In this document: positions 45,701 to 54,152 of the stretch, piece by piece
Layout: the number at the start of each line of letters is the position of its first letter
How positions within the stretch are numbered: position 1 is the stretch's first letter
Source of the DNA: a virus
Length of the DNA: 64,000 nucleotides
IMG/VR virus record: IMGVR_UViG_3300027749_000055
Location: 32,001-96,000 of that record
Strand: one strand, 5' to 3'
Made by a program: the position numbers and the translations under genes
The notes under the pieces: generated by a model
Told to the model about the DNA's origin: nothing
The model's input: only the letters and a program-made list of their open reading frames with translations
Database searches by the model: none

Positions 45701-47632
45701 TTACGCCGAACGAGGGCGACGAATCACTGCGCCTTCACGCAGAGTCCTGTCGTTGATTGCCTGACGGAAAGCGTGTGCTACTTCGCTCGCAGATTCCGCA
45801 GAACGAATGGTTTTTTCAGCGACGTTGGCTGCCTTGTCTGCCTTGTCTGCAAGACGCTGACCATCAACCGAATCGGGGTCGCCACCCTTGCGGAGAAAGC
45901 GAGAGTAGTCATTAGCGGTCTTAGAAGCCTCACGCATTGCACGACGACCCATATGCGTTGCTTCGTAGACCTTGCCAGCGGCTTCACCCAAGTTGGTGTT
46001 CGTCATTGAGTAGAAACGCTTGGGCGACTGCAGAAGGTAGGTAGCCATAGTGCCGTGGAACGAGGCTTCGTGCAGGTGTTCTTCAGCCTTTCCATACTCT
46101 CCACGGTTCACCAATGCACGGGCGGCTGCAATGTGGGCGGCTGCGGCTTCGAGGTGCTGACCGTGGTTGAAGTTTTCAGTGCCAGGCCGAATGTCAAAAG
46201 TTACGCCTTGACCGTGAGCCGAGGTCTTGCGGTTGCCACGGAAGCGCAACTTTTCGTTACTGCCTTCTTCCCTGTGGCGACCTGAGCCCTCACCGCCCTT
46301 ACGCACCTTCGACTTGTTGAAAACAATGGCGGGTTCGCCCATTTCGTTTTCAATGGTGAGGCACTGAACGGCAAGGTCACGGAGACGAGCGGCCTCACGG
46401 GAGGCTGCGCCAATAGCGTCACCGTCACCGAAGGGCTTGAACTCGCTAACCAAAAAGTCGTAGAAGGTGGCGGACTGACGGAAGACCGTAGCGGCGGCTA
46501 CGAACATTCCACGCTCAACCAGAGCGTCAGCCTCGTCTTCCAATGCAACAGCCGTATCAACGAGGTCTTGCACATTTGATTTGTTGATTTTTATTTGTCC
46601 TCCTACGGACTTAGTTATCGAGAATTCGAGGTGAACTGCGTCGTCGTCACCGACAACGGCGGTCACGCCGCCACGGCCAAAATAAGATTGAACTGCGTCG
46701 GAGAGTTCCTGACCATTGGGAATGTCTCTATCCCAGAAGCCAGTACCGTGACCGTTGGCGGTCAAAACAATGTCGTCACCAATGTTTTCGTCGGGCAGAC
46801 CCGATTGTTCAAGGGCGGCAATGTTGTCGCCAACAAAGTCAAAAATTGCGTCGCCCAAAGCGTTAGCGTCTCCACGGTCAAAGTCGTCAATACTGTAAGT
46901 TCCGTCCAAGAACCCACTCCATTCGTCGCCGTCGTCGGGCATAGTCTCAGTGGCAAGAAGCGCACCAAGCGCATTGCGAGTAATAACTTGCAGGTCAAAG
47001 ACACGTCCGTCCAAAGTCTTCAACTTGGGGAGATTGCCGTCCAAAAAGGTCGTGGTTCTTTCGGGGTGTCGTCCTGAGCCAGGCCCGCCTTTGGCAACTA
47101 CTTTGCTGTCGGGGTCGTTGTATCCAAGGAAGAGTGAGCCGCCAATGTAAACCTTGTCGCTTTCATTTTTTTGCGACAACTTTTCTGCGTCGAGAGTGGC
47201 AACGGTGGCTGCTTTGGAAGCCGCTGAAACTTGGCTAGAGGTTGCCTTGGGTTTGTCGAAGCCAGCGAGAGCCTGCGCCTCTGGTGTGGTGGGTTGTGCC
47301 CACTCGCCCATTTTGTTAGCGATAGTAGCCGCCGCCTTGTAGTGAGCGTCAGCGGCGGCGAGGTTTGCCCGAACTGCACGGTCATCACCAGCCGTTGCTT
47401 GTGCAAGTTGCTTGTGCAGGTCAGCCATAATTTCGTGCGCTTCAATAGCGGCGTTCGCTTGGTCGGGAGTAAGGTTCTTGGCATTTTCCAGAACAAGGTT
47501 AGAGAGACGAACTGCCTCGCCGCCCAAGGTTTCCTTGGTGTGAGTTGAACCCTTGGGGTAGCGACCTGAACCTGCACCGCCCTTGGCAACGTTGAGCCAT
47601 TGCTCAACCGTTTTAGTGAAACTGTCCGTCAT
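45701..47632 (-). CDS. Modular putative internal head protein (3 KGG[APE]GSGR motifs)
   Basis: 643 aa; motifs at 47584, 47092 and 46300; includes an LTANGHGTGFWDR module and His/Ala helices. Confidence 0.7.
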   Translation of the reverse strand: MTDSFTKTVEQWLNVAKGGAGSGRYPKGSTHTKETLGGEAVRLSNLVLENAKNLTPDQANAAIEAHEIMADLHKQLAQATAGDDRAVRANLAAADAHYKAAATIANKMGEWAQPTTPEAQALAGFDKPKATSSQVSAASKAATVATLDAEKLSQKNESDKVYIGGSLFLGYNDPDSKVVAKGGPGSGRHPERTTTFLDGNLPKLKTLDGRVFDLQVITRNALGALLATETMPDDGDEWSGFLDGTYSIDDFDRGDANALGDAIFDFVGDNIAALEQSGLPDENIGDDIVLTANGHGTGFWDRDIPNGQELSDAVQSYFGRGGVTAVVGDDDAVHLEFSITKSVGGQIKINKSNVQDLVDTAVALEDEADALVERGMFVAAATVFRQSATFYDFLVSEFKPFGDGDAIGAASREAARLRDLAVQCLTIENEMGEPAIVFNKSKVRKGGEGSGRHREEGSNEKLRFRGNRKTSAHGQGVTFDIRPGTENFNHGQHLEAAAAHIAAARALVNRGEYGKAEEHLHEASFHGTMATYLLQSPKRFYSMTNTNLGEAAGKVYEATHMGRRAMREASKTANDYSRFLRKGGDPDSVDGQRLADKADKAANVAEKTIRSAESASEVAHAFRQAINDRTLREGAVIRRPRSA

Positions 47633-47695
47633 AAACCCTCCACAAGAGTTGTCGTATCGGGCAAATACTAGCCCTTGATTTGGAAAAACCGGATT

Positions 47696-48004
47696 CTAAA
47701 ACTCTGCGTAAGCGAGCGAACTACCCGACGCAGTGACGGCGAGTGCGTAGATTGCGCCACCGTAGGGAACATCGAGGGGCATTGACTGATTAGCGGGAAG
47801 GACGATTCCACCACCGCTGATAGCAGCCGTTCCAAGTCCAATGTAAATAGCACTCGAACCCGTGTTTGTCAAAAACAAGTGCTTGCGGTCTGAAGCGTTG
47901 AGAACCAACGCTGACGAGGTGGTCAGCGGGGCAACCTTGCCGGACGCAAGTTGAGCGGCGGCGAGGACGACGGTTCCGTTTCCAGCAAGTGATTTGGTAG
48001 CCAT
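47696..48004 (-). CDS. Small beta-rich virion protein
   Basis: 102 aa; RKHLFLTNTGSSAIYIG...GGIVL pattern. Confidence 0.6.
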   Translation of the reverse strand: MATKSLAGNGTVVLAAAQLASGKVAPLTTSSALVLNASDRKHLFLTNTGSSAIYIGLGTAAISGGGIVLPANQSMPLDVPYGGAIYALAVTASGSSLAYAEF

Positions 48005-49519
48005 TTAGTTGTCTCCTAAGAATGTCTTGTAGGGCGATTCTTCCACGGGAAGGTCGGCTTCGACACCTGAGCCCGTGCCACCGATTGAGTAGCCACGGAG
48101 TTTGCCTTCCTTCACAAGTTCCCAAGCCCACGGTTCCCACTGAACACCGAGGAAAACGGTTCCGGCGGGGAATGAAACCTGCTTGATTTCACCACTGTTT
48201 GCCTGAAGCATTGGAACGGTGACTTCGTGCGGCCAAGTGAGGGCTTCGAGCCATTCTCCCGCCACAATGTCCACGTTGTGCTGAAGGCGAATCTGCCTGT
48301 CTCCGTTGCGGACGTAGCCCCAGAGTGCTTCTTGGAGTTCCTGCGGGTCAGTCCACTCGCCGTGAGCGTCTGAGCGATAAGGCACATACCACGGGCCCAT
48401 TGTGTAGCGTTGCTCGTCCGACTTGCGAATTTGATTGGGAATTAACTCGGATTTTTGCAGAAGGTTTGCGTCCTGCACAACCTCAGGGTTTACTTCTTCA
48501 ATAACAGTCATAGTTTCCGGCACAAACTTGGGCTTGCGACGGAAACTGCCGACAAATGAGCCCACTCCGCCACCGTTGCTCGGTGCGTCAATGTGGACGC
48601 TGGCAACGTCGGGGTTATTTTTGCGGTAGGGACGGCGGGGAGCGTCCTCGGAATCGTCCTCGTCACTTTCCATATCTTCTTCTTCTTGGTCTTCGGGAGA
48701 GCCAAAAATGTCCTCGTCTTCTTCGTCACGGTCACGACCAAAGCCAAAGAACTTGTTGTATTCGACCTCAGAAGTGGCTTCCGCCTCTTCCAAAACTTCA
48801 ACCATATTCAGACGACACCAACCGTCAGCGTCGCACTGAACGGCAACCCATTGGCAACCATTGAGAGTGCCCGCCACGCAGTTTGAGCAAGTCAAACCAC
48901 GGTCACGGAACGGTGAAATCGAGACGTAGGACACGTCAGTTGTGGGGAAACGACCCAGATTTTGAACCGTCTCGTCCAAATCCTCGGCAAGTTCAACCTG
49001 CCACGGGTCAAGACCGTCCTTCCAATTCGAACCCAACATTTCACTATCGTCAGAAGACGAAGAATCGCTGGAATCTGAACTGTCGCTGGACGAAGAAGAA
49101 TCACTGCTGTCCGAGTATTCGCTTGAACTGTCGTCGTATTCGGAAGAATCTTCCATAGAACTGTAGTCATCTGAGTCATCTTCGGTGTCTTCTTGCATAG
49201 CCGAGAGAATGGCTGCGACGGTAGCGGGGTTTAGCGTCACCTGAACGTCCGTGGAAGAATCGTCTTCAACGTCGGCAGGAACGGGGCTGGGCGTGAATGA
49301 AAACGGGAAGCCGACAGCCTTCTTGCTAGGAACCATTTTGAGGGAAACCTCTCCGTTTTTTTCCACGGCGGTCAATGTTGCGGTTTCGTAACCCTCGTTG
49401 AGTAGTCGTGCGGCGTATTCCCGCACCTCCCCGTCAATGGATTTGTTGATAATAACGCTGGCGAGTTCAACTTCTTCTATCACGTCAATAATCTTTGAGT
49501 TGTCCACAACTTCTCCCAC
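48005..49519 (-). CDS. XkdF-like prohead serine protease with long acidic N-terminal region
   Basis: C-terminal RYTMGPWYVP...DAHGE...IRLQH...GTVFLGV....AWELVKEGKLRGYSIGG; directly downstream of the portal. Confidence 0.85.
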   Translation of the reverse strand: MGEVVDNSKIIDVIEEVELASVIINKSIDGEVREYAARLLNEGYETATLTAVEKNGEVSLKMVPSKKAVGFPFSFTPSPVPADVEDDSSTDVQVTLNPATVAAILSAMQEDTEDDSDDYSSMEDSSEYDDSSSEYSDSSDSSSSSDSSDSSDSSSSDDSEMLGSNWKDGLDPWQVELAEDLDETVQNLGRFPTTDVSYVSISPFRDRGLTCSNCVAGTLNGCQWVAVQCDADGWCRLNMVEVLEEAEATSEVEYNKFFGFGRDRDEEDEDIFGSPEDQEEEDMESDEDDSEDAPRRPYRKNNPDVASVHIDAPSNGGGVGSFVGSFRRKPKFVPETMTVIEEVNPEVVQDANLLQKSELIPNQIRKSDEQRYTMGPWYVPYRSDAHGEWTDPQELQEALWGYVRNGDRQIRLQHNVDIVAGEWLEALTWPHEVTVPMLQANSGEIKQVSFPAGTVFLGVQWEPWAWELVKEGKLRGYSIGGTGSGVEADLPVEESPYKTFLGDN

Positions 49520-49668
49520 TATGCGTTTACTAAAATGCTACTGCGTGTTTCCAAAACAAACGGTCTATGCCCGTGGTTGCCGTGCCTTTAGAGCGGTAGC
49601 GGGAGAGACACGGCGAAGGGTTGTGCGATTCTTCTTGGGTTGTGCGCTTACTTTACGAAAACGTAGGG

Positions 49669-51339
49669 TCACGACGTAGTTCCTTGGTTGTTAGTTAGCG
49701 GGCCGTTCGCCCCCGTCTTCGGACGCTTGATTTGCCGTCCTACCTTACCAGCGGTGTTACTACCGCCCGTCTTTCCTTTGCCCTTCTTGGAGCCTGCGCC
49801 GACGGTGGGGGGTGCTTGTCCGGTGTATCCGGCAGAGGTAATATCCTCTTGAAGTCCGCTACCGCCAGACATATCGTTCAGTCCGCCCTGCGGATTTTGA
49901 ACGTCCGAGGCTTCGGTTTTTCCTTCGGGGCTTGCACCGGAAGGCTTCTCTGCCACAAAAGGTTTGTTGTGGTCTTCGGCGGGCGTGTCCGCAACGGTCT
50001 GACCGCCATAACGCTTGTTGTCCGACAAGCCATTTGCCTCCGGCTGAAAACCAGGCAACCCCGCCAACTCTCGGAGGTATTCTTCCAAATTGTTGTCGGG
50101 GGTAAGCAACTTGGCGTTGGTGATGTTTGTGAGGAACGCACCGAGTTCCTGCAAGTCCACGGCGGAAATCTGACCATATGCCAACTGCGGGCAACGTGCC
50201 GTGTCCATACCGTTGAGTTGGAGAAGGCGGGGAATGGCGTGAGAATTGAAGACCTCAGCAATGAGGCGAACCCACGATTCCACTGCGGAGACAAAGAGGT
50301 CTACCTTCGAGGTTCCGAGGGCAAACGAACCCACCGATTCGTGACCGAGCATAATGAAGTCCGCCAGAACCGTCATAGCAATATGTTGGTTATAGCGAGT
50401 GATGATTTGGTCGGTGTTGAACTGACGGTTTCCGCCCGACGTTAGCAACTTAAAGTCCACAAGGGGCTTGCCTGCCTCGTCAAAGATTGCGGGCAAAATA
50501 ATGCCTTCGGTCTGGTTGCGCTTTACACCACGGACAATTGCTTCCATAGCGGCAAGTGCGGATTTTTCCGCAGGAGTAGCCGAAGACGACAACCATTCTG
50601 GCGGAACATACGCCATTGGCAGACCGGCAAGGTCACGCTCAACGCCGACGGCTTCAAATTCCTCAATGCGACGCTTGTAATACCACGACTTGAAGGCGTT
50701 ACGAAGAACTGAACGACCTTCGGGGTTTCCACGGGCGGTTGTAGTGCGGAACAGCAAAGCCTTCTCAATTGGAATAACGTTTAAGCGACCCGTCGTCGGG
50801 TCACGCTGAATCATTGCCTTGATTCCACCACTCTCGTCAAACTGCCACTGCCAGAGCGAGTCTTGGGTTCGCATAGCAATCTTGCGCCAGCCGATTTTGT
50901 TGTCCGAATACTTGGAACGCTTGGCGGGGTCTTTTTGCTTCGGCCCCTTGCGCTGCTTGTAAATCAGTTCAAAGAATGACCAGCCGTAAGGCAAGAACGA
51001 CAGAACTGCAATAATAAGTTCGTGCCAACTGTGCGACATATCGTCCATACACTCGGCAATAAACTGTGCGACGGCACGGTCATTATCCGTGGGGGTTTCA
51101 CCCGTGGTGTCGTCGTAGGGGTCAATGCGCCAATCCACCTGAAGGATTACACGCTCGATAGCAAATAACATTGCGCCGATAATTGGGTCGTTCTCCGACA
51201 TATCTCGATAAGCGGTTTGTGCTTGCTTACCTCGAAGTTGGGGGAGGATATCGTCAATGACGAATCCACCTGTGCGCCAAAGACCCGACGCACCTAGTTC
51301 TGAGAAGTTGTCTAAGGGAATCTTCTCGTTATCGGGCAT
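49669..51339 (-). CDS. Portal protein (DUF935 / Mu gp29-like)
   Basis: YRDMSENDPIIGAML, L.YGWSFFE, GNPEGRSVLR, E..GVERDLAGLP, GSFALG. Confidence 0.9.
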   Translation of the reverse strand: MPDNEKIPLDNFSELGASGLWRTGGFVIDDILPQLRGKQAQTAYRDMSENDPIIGAMLFAIERVILQVDWRIDPYDDTTGETPTDNDRAVAQFIAECMDDMSHSWHELIIAVLSFLPYGWSFFELIYKQRKGPKQKDPAKRSKYSDNKIGWRKIAMRTQDSLWQWQFDESGGIKAMIQRDPTTGRLNVIPIEKALLFRTTTARGNPEGRSVLRNAFKSWYYKRRIEEFEAVGVERDLAGLPMAYVPPEWLSSSATPAEKSALAAMEAIVRGVKRNQTEGIILPAIFDEAGKPLVDFKLLTSGGNRQFNTDQIITRYNQHIAMTVLADFIMLGHESVGSFALGTSKVDLFVSAVESWVRLIAEVFNSHAIPRLLQLNGMDTARCPQLAYGQISAVDLQELGAFLTNITNAKLLTPDNNLEEYLRELAGLPGFQPEANGLSDNKRYGGQTVADTPAEDHNKPFVAEKPSGASPEGKTEASDVQNPQGGLNDMSGGSGLQEDITSAGYTGQAPPTVGAGSKKGKGKTGGSNTAGKVGRQIKRPKTGANGPLTNNQGTTS

Positions 51340-51742
51340 TTCTACTCCGTGCGTCTATTTGCTGGCTTGCTTTCAAAAGGCTACTACCCTTTTTCACTAC
51401 AGAACTAATCCTTTTCCGTTGAGTGATAGAGTGTCCGCCCCAAACCCCAAACGGTTCTTCCAAACCAAATTCGAGACACTCGTAGCGAACGGGGCACTTT
51501 AAGCACAATTTGCGAGCCTGCGCTAAGTGGTTTGCGCCGTGCCCTGTATTGCTTTCGGGAAAAAACGTATCGAGGTATTGGGCTTTTATTTCACTGTTTC
51601 GACAGATTGCCTCGTTAAACCACATTGGCGAACGCATTGCTTCGGCAAGGTCATACTCAACAACGAGAACTTCAATGGGATTTGGGTCAAATGCGTCCAA
51701 AAACTCCCAACCCATTACAAATCGCCTTCGTGTATCGAGCAA
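51329..51742 (-). CDS. whiB: WhiB family transcription factor
   Basis: W...AIC...FFP...ARKLCLKCPVRYECLEFGL....GVWGG. Confidence 0.9.
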   Translation of the reverse strand: MLDTRRRFVMGWEFLDAFDPNPIEVLVVEYDLAEAMRSPMWFNEAICRNSEIKAQYLDTFFPESNTGHGANHLAQARKLCLKCPVRYECLEFGLEEPFGVWGGHSITQRKRISSVVKKGSSLLKASQQIDARSRNAR

Positions 51743-51924
51743 AAGGCTAGAAACCTGAGAGCCTCAGATTCGGTAAAACCGACTTCTCGCATTGCCACAT
51801 ACGATTGGTGTAATTCCGTGAAAGCCAAATGAAGGGCAATGGGGTTTACAAAACCCCCGTCAAAAGGTGTCTCGCCCGCAATGTCCTTATCAAAATCGTC
51901 ATTTCCAATCGGTTTTTCTTCCAC
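51715..51924 (-). CDS. Small hypothetical protein
   Basis: ELHQSYVAMREVGFTESEAL motif. Confidence 0.6.
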   Translation of the reverse strand: MEEKPIGNDDFDKDIAGETPFDGGFVNPIALHLAFTELHQSYVAMREVGFTESEALRFLAFCSIHEGDL

Positions 51925-52132
51925 GGAAGAATAATTTACAACATATTGGAACTAGACGGGTGGATAGCCACAATATGTAGTGGACAAAAAAACAAAACCC
52001 ACCCACGGGAGGCTGGTAGGAAAGGAGGTAACTTTCCAGCCTCACGCCCCGAACAAGAAAAAGGGCTATCCGTGAGTGGGTCTTGCGGACGGTTGCCGAC
52101 CCTAAGGGTAAGGGTTCAGCACCGAGTGTTGC

Positions 52133-52564
52133 CTAGAACGGCTCGTCGCTGTAGTCCATCGTCGCCTGTGAGCGAGTCGGGGTTGATGACGAAGTTCCGC
52201 CGTCCTGACGCTGGGTCTTGGTAGCGACAACGGTTGCCCAGCGGACGCTTGCGCCCACCTCGTCCACGTTCAATTGCAACTTTGAACGCTTCTGTCCGCT
52301 CTCTTTGTCCTCCCAAGAGTTCTGCTTCAAAGAGCCCGTGACCATAAGGCGAGTGCCCTTCGAGAAAGAGTTGGCGAAGTTCTCCGCCATTTCTCCGAAG
52401 ATAGAGCAGTCAATGTAGGAAGGTTCTCCGGCTTCCCATTCGCCCGTCTGGGGGTTCTTCTTGCCGTGGTTCTTGGCAATTGTGAAGTTCACATACGGCT
52501 TACCGCCCTGCGTGAACTTGATTTCGGGGTCGGCAACCAAGTTGCCGATTTCTGTCGTGGACAT
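52133..52564 (-). CDS. ssb: Single-stranded DNA-binding protein
   Basis: GNLVADPEIKFTQGG...AEN.A.S.SKG.R..VTG.L.Q..WEDKE.GQKRS...VDEVGAS; acidic tail ending DEPF. Confidence 0.95.
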   Translation of the reverse strand: MSTTEIGNLVADPEIKFTQGGKPYVNFTIAKNHGKKNPQTGEWEAGEPSYIDCSIFGEMAENFANSFSKGTRLMVTGSLKQNSWEDKESGQKRSKLQLNVDEVGASVRWATVVATKTQRQDGGTSSSTPTRSQATMDYSDEPF

Positions 52565-52594
52565 TTTTGTCCCTGCTTTCTATGTAGGTAATGC

Positions 52595-52849
52595 TTAGTT
52601 GGTCGTCGGTTGCGTGAGCAACTTTTGAGCCGCACTAATAGTAGCAAGGTTGAGTAATACTTGTCTACCCCTACCGGAAGCAATTTCTCGACGCACCTCG
52701 GTCTTGGTAAGTTCGGTTAGTTCGAGAATCCAATCAACGGCTTCGTGAAGCATTTGAAGACGGATTTTGTCTAAGGCGACAGCAGCCTCTAGACCTTCTT
52801 CAAGGGCTATTGTTCGTGCCCGCTCTGCGGTGAGTGCTTCGTTGTCCAT
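52595..52849 (-). CDS. Hypothetical protein
   Basis: 84 aa helical ORF. Confidence 0.55.
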   Translation of the reverse strand: MDNEALTAERARTIALEEGLEAAVALDKIRLQMLHEAVDWILELTELTKTEVRREIASGRGRQVLLNLATISAAQKLLTQPTTN

Positions 52850-52928
52850 AGGTTCAATTGCATTTGTTGAACCGAATCTAACATCGAGTTTTGGAAACTT
52901 TGTGAATACAGCCGTCCAGCGACGGGGG

Positions 52929-53279
52929 TTATGGAACGAAGCGGTTGGACGCAGATAGCGTTCGCAGTGCGTCGAGATTCGCCTTCATAGCGGAGATTGC
53001 TTCTCGTAGGGTTGAGAGGTTGTTCTTCGAGAGAAACGCCTCACGACGTAGTTCAGCCGTCCGCACGGTTGCCTCATCATCTACGAGGTCTACGGTTGCC
53101 TTCTCGCCACGCTCTCTAGCGTCATAGCGGAAGCGCAAACGTTCTTGGGCAAAGGCGATTTCGTAGTCCGTCTCAGCGATAGCCGCTTTGCGACCCGCCT
53201 CACGGATTTCCCCAACCAGCGAGTTGAGAGCGTCCTGATATCGCTCAATCTGTTCCTGAATCTGCTCTTGCGTCAGCAC
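52929..53279 (-). CDS. Coiled-coil hypothetical protein
   Basis: 116 aa; AGGAGG RBS; LDALRTLSAS C-terminus. Confidence 0.6.
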   Translation of the reverse strand: MLTQEQIQEQIERYQDALNSLVGEIREAGRKAAIAETDYEIAFAQERLRFRYDARERGEKATVDLVDDEATVRTAELRREAFLSKNNLSTLREAISAMKANLDALRTLSASNRFVP

Positions 53280-53349
53280 AAATCCTCCTTTGAAGACGAC
53301 GTAGCGAGGCTAAGGATAGCCCCAGCCCCGCTACGTTGCAACTAATTGT

Positions 53350-53970
53350 TTAGAGATACTTCTTGGCGCAGTCCGGGCCGAGTCCACGGTGCAGGCTGGC
53401 GGGGACGGTCAGGGTGCGACCACAAGCGGCGCAGGTTCCTGAAGCGAGGGCGACAGCCTCCGCCACGTTGAGGAACTCCTTGCGGGCTTCGTCAAGGTCG
53501 CCCGTGAAGAGCAACTGCGTCGCAGCAATGACCTTCTCAGACGGGTTGGCGGAACGCCAGACCTTCAAGCCCTGAGCGGTTATGAAGCCGAAGCCTTTGT
53601 AGTTCACGTCGTTGTCCGAGCCGTTGAGGACGCTGACTTGAATCTGCCCCTTAGCAAACGAACACTTGGATACCTTCAGCGTGACCCAGCCGTTCTGACC
53701 GTCAGTGACGGTGTAGATACCGAGGGGAACTTCACGGGTGGGGGCGGTGTTGGCAACCACCTGAGCGTTCTCTGCCCGACCTGAACCGACCTTGCGAGAG
53801 CAAGCGAGCAAAGCGTCAATGACCTGCGAAGCGTCCGCCTTCGAGAGCAACTCCGCCTCCGCCTTCTGACGAAGGGTGAATGGAGCGTTGCGCTGGTCGA
53901 GCAAGTCCTTGATGTAGGACAACTGACGGTCGGTTGCTTGGTCGTAGTTGGTGCTGTATGTGGTGTTCAT
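53350..53970 (-). CDS. DUF6011-like domain protein
   Basis: Start MNTTY at 53970 with AAGGAGG; ATDRQLSYI N-module; CAACGRTLT.P.S..RGLGPDC C-terminus; TTGATT-N17-TATACT promoter. Confidence 0.8.
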   Translation of the reverse strand: MNTTYSTNYDQATDRQLSYIKDLLDQRNAPFTLRQKAEAELLSKADASQVIDALLACSRKVGSGRAENAQVVANTAPTREVPLGIYTVTDGQNGWVTLKVSKCSFAKGQIQVSVLNGSDNDVNYKGFGFITAQGLKVWRSANPSEKVIAATQLLFTGDLDEARKEFLNVAEAVALASGTCAACGRTLTVPASLHRGLGPDCAKKYL

Positions 53971-54152
53971 AGTTTCCTCCTTGTTGAACTTCACAACTTG
54001 AAGTATAGGGGGGTTGTGTGACGTAATCAAATCAAAGCAAGCATTTGAGTCAAGTTTTTTGTGCTTCTCATCAGGGGGTTTACAAATTCTTGAAAGTTTT
54101 TTGGACAATTTGGGTTGAAAGACCCGCTTATATAAGTGAGAAGGAGGTTCGA

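Noticed and set aside
36031-47584. Repeated gaaccaggcccgccctt-like sequence as a CRISPR array or other non-coding repeat
   Set aside because: Spacing is irregular (0.2-2.6 kb), all copies are in frame within ORFs and several vary synonymously; it is a peptide motif.
9381-51502. Numerous plus-strand ORFs of 60-255 aa in the track (e.g. 10129-10755, 27816-28583, 28616-29308, 49732-50445)
   Set aside because: Antisense shadows of well-supported minus-strand genes, with no RBS and no protein-like motifs.
49669-52564. Terminase genes upstream of the portal
   Set aside because: No terminase motifs here (WhiB and SSB instead); terminase presumably lies outside the window, so no claim is made about the packaging mode.
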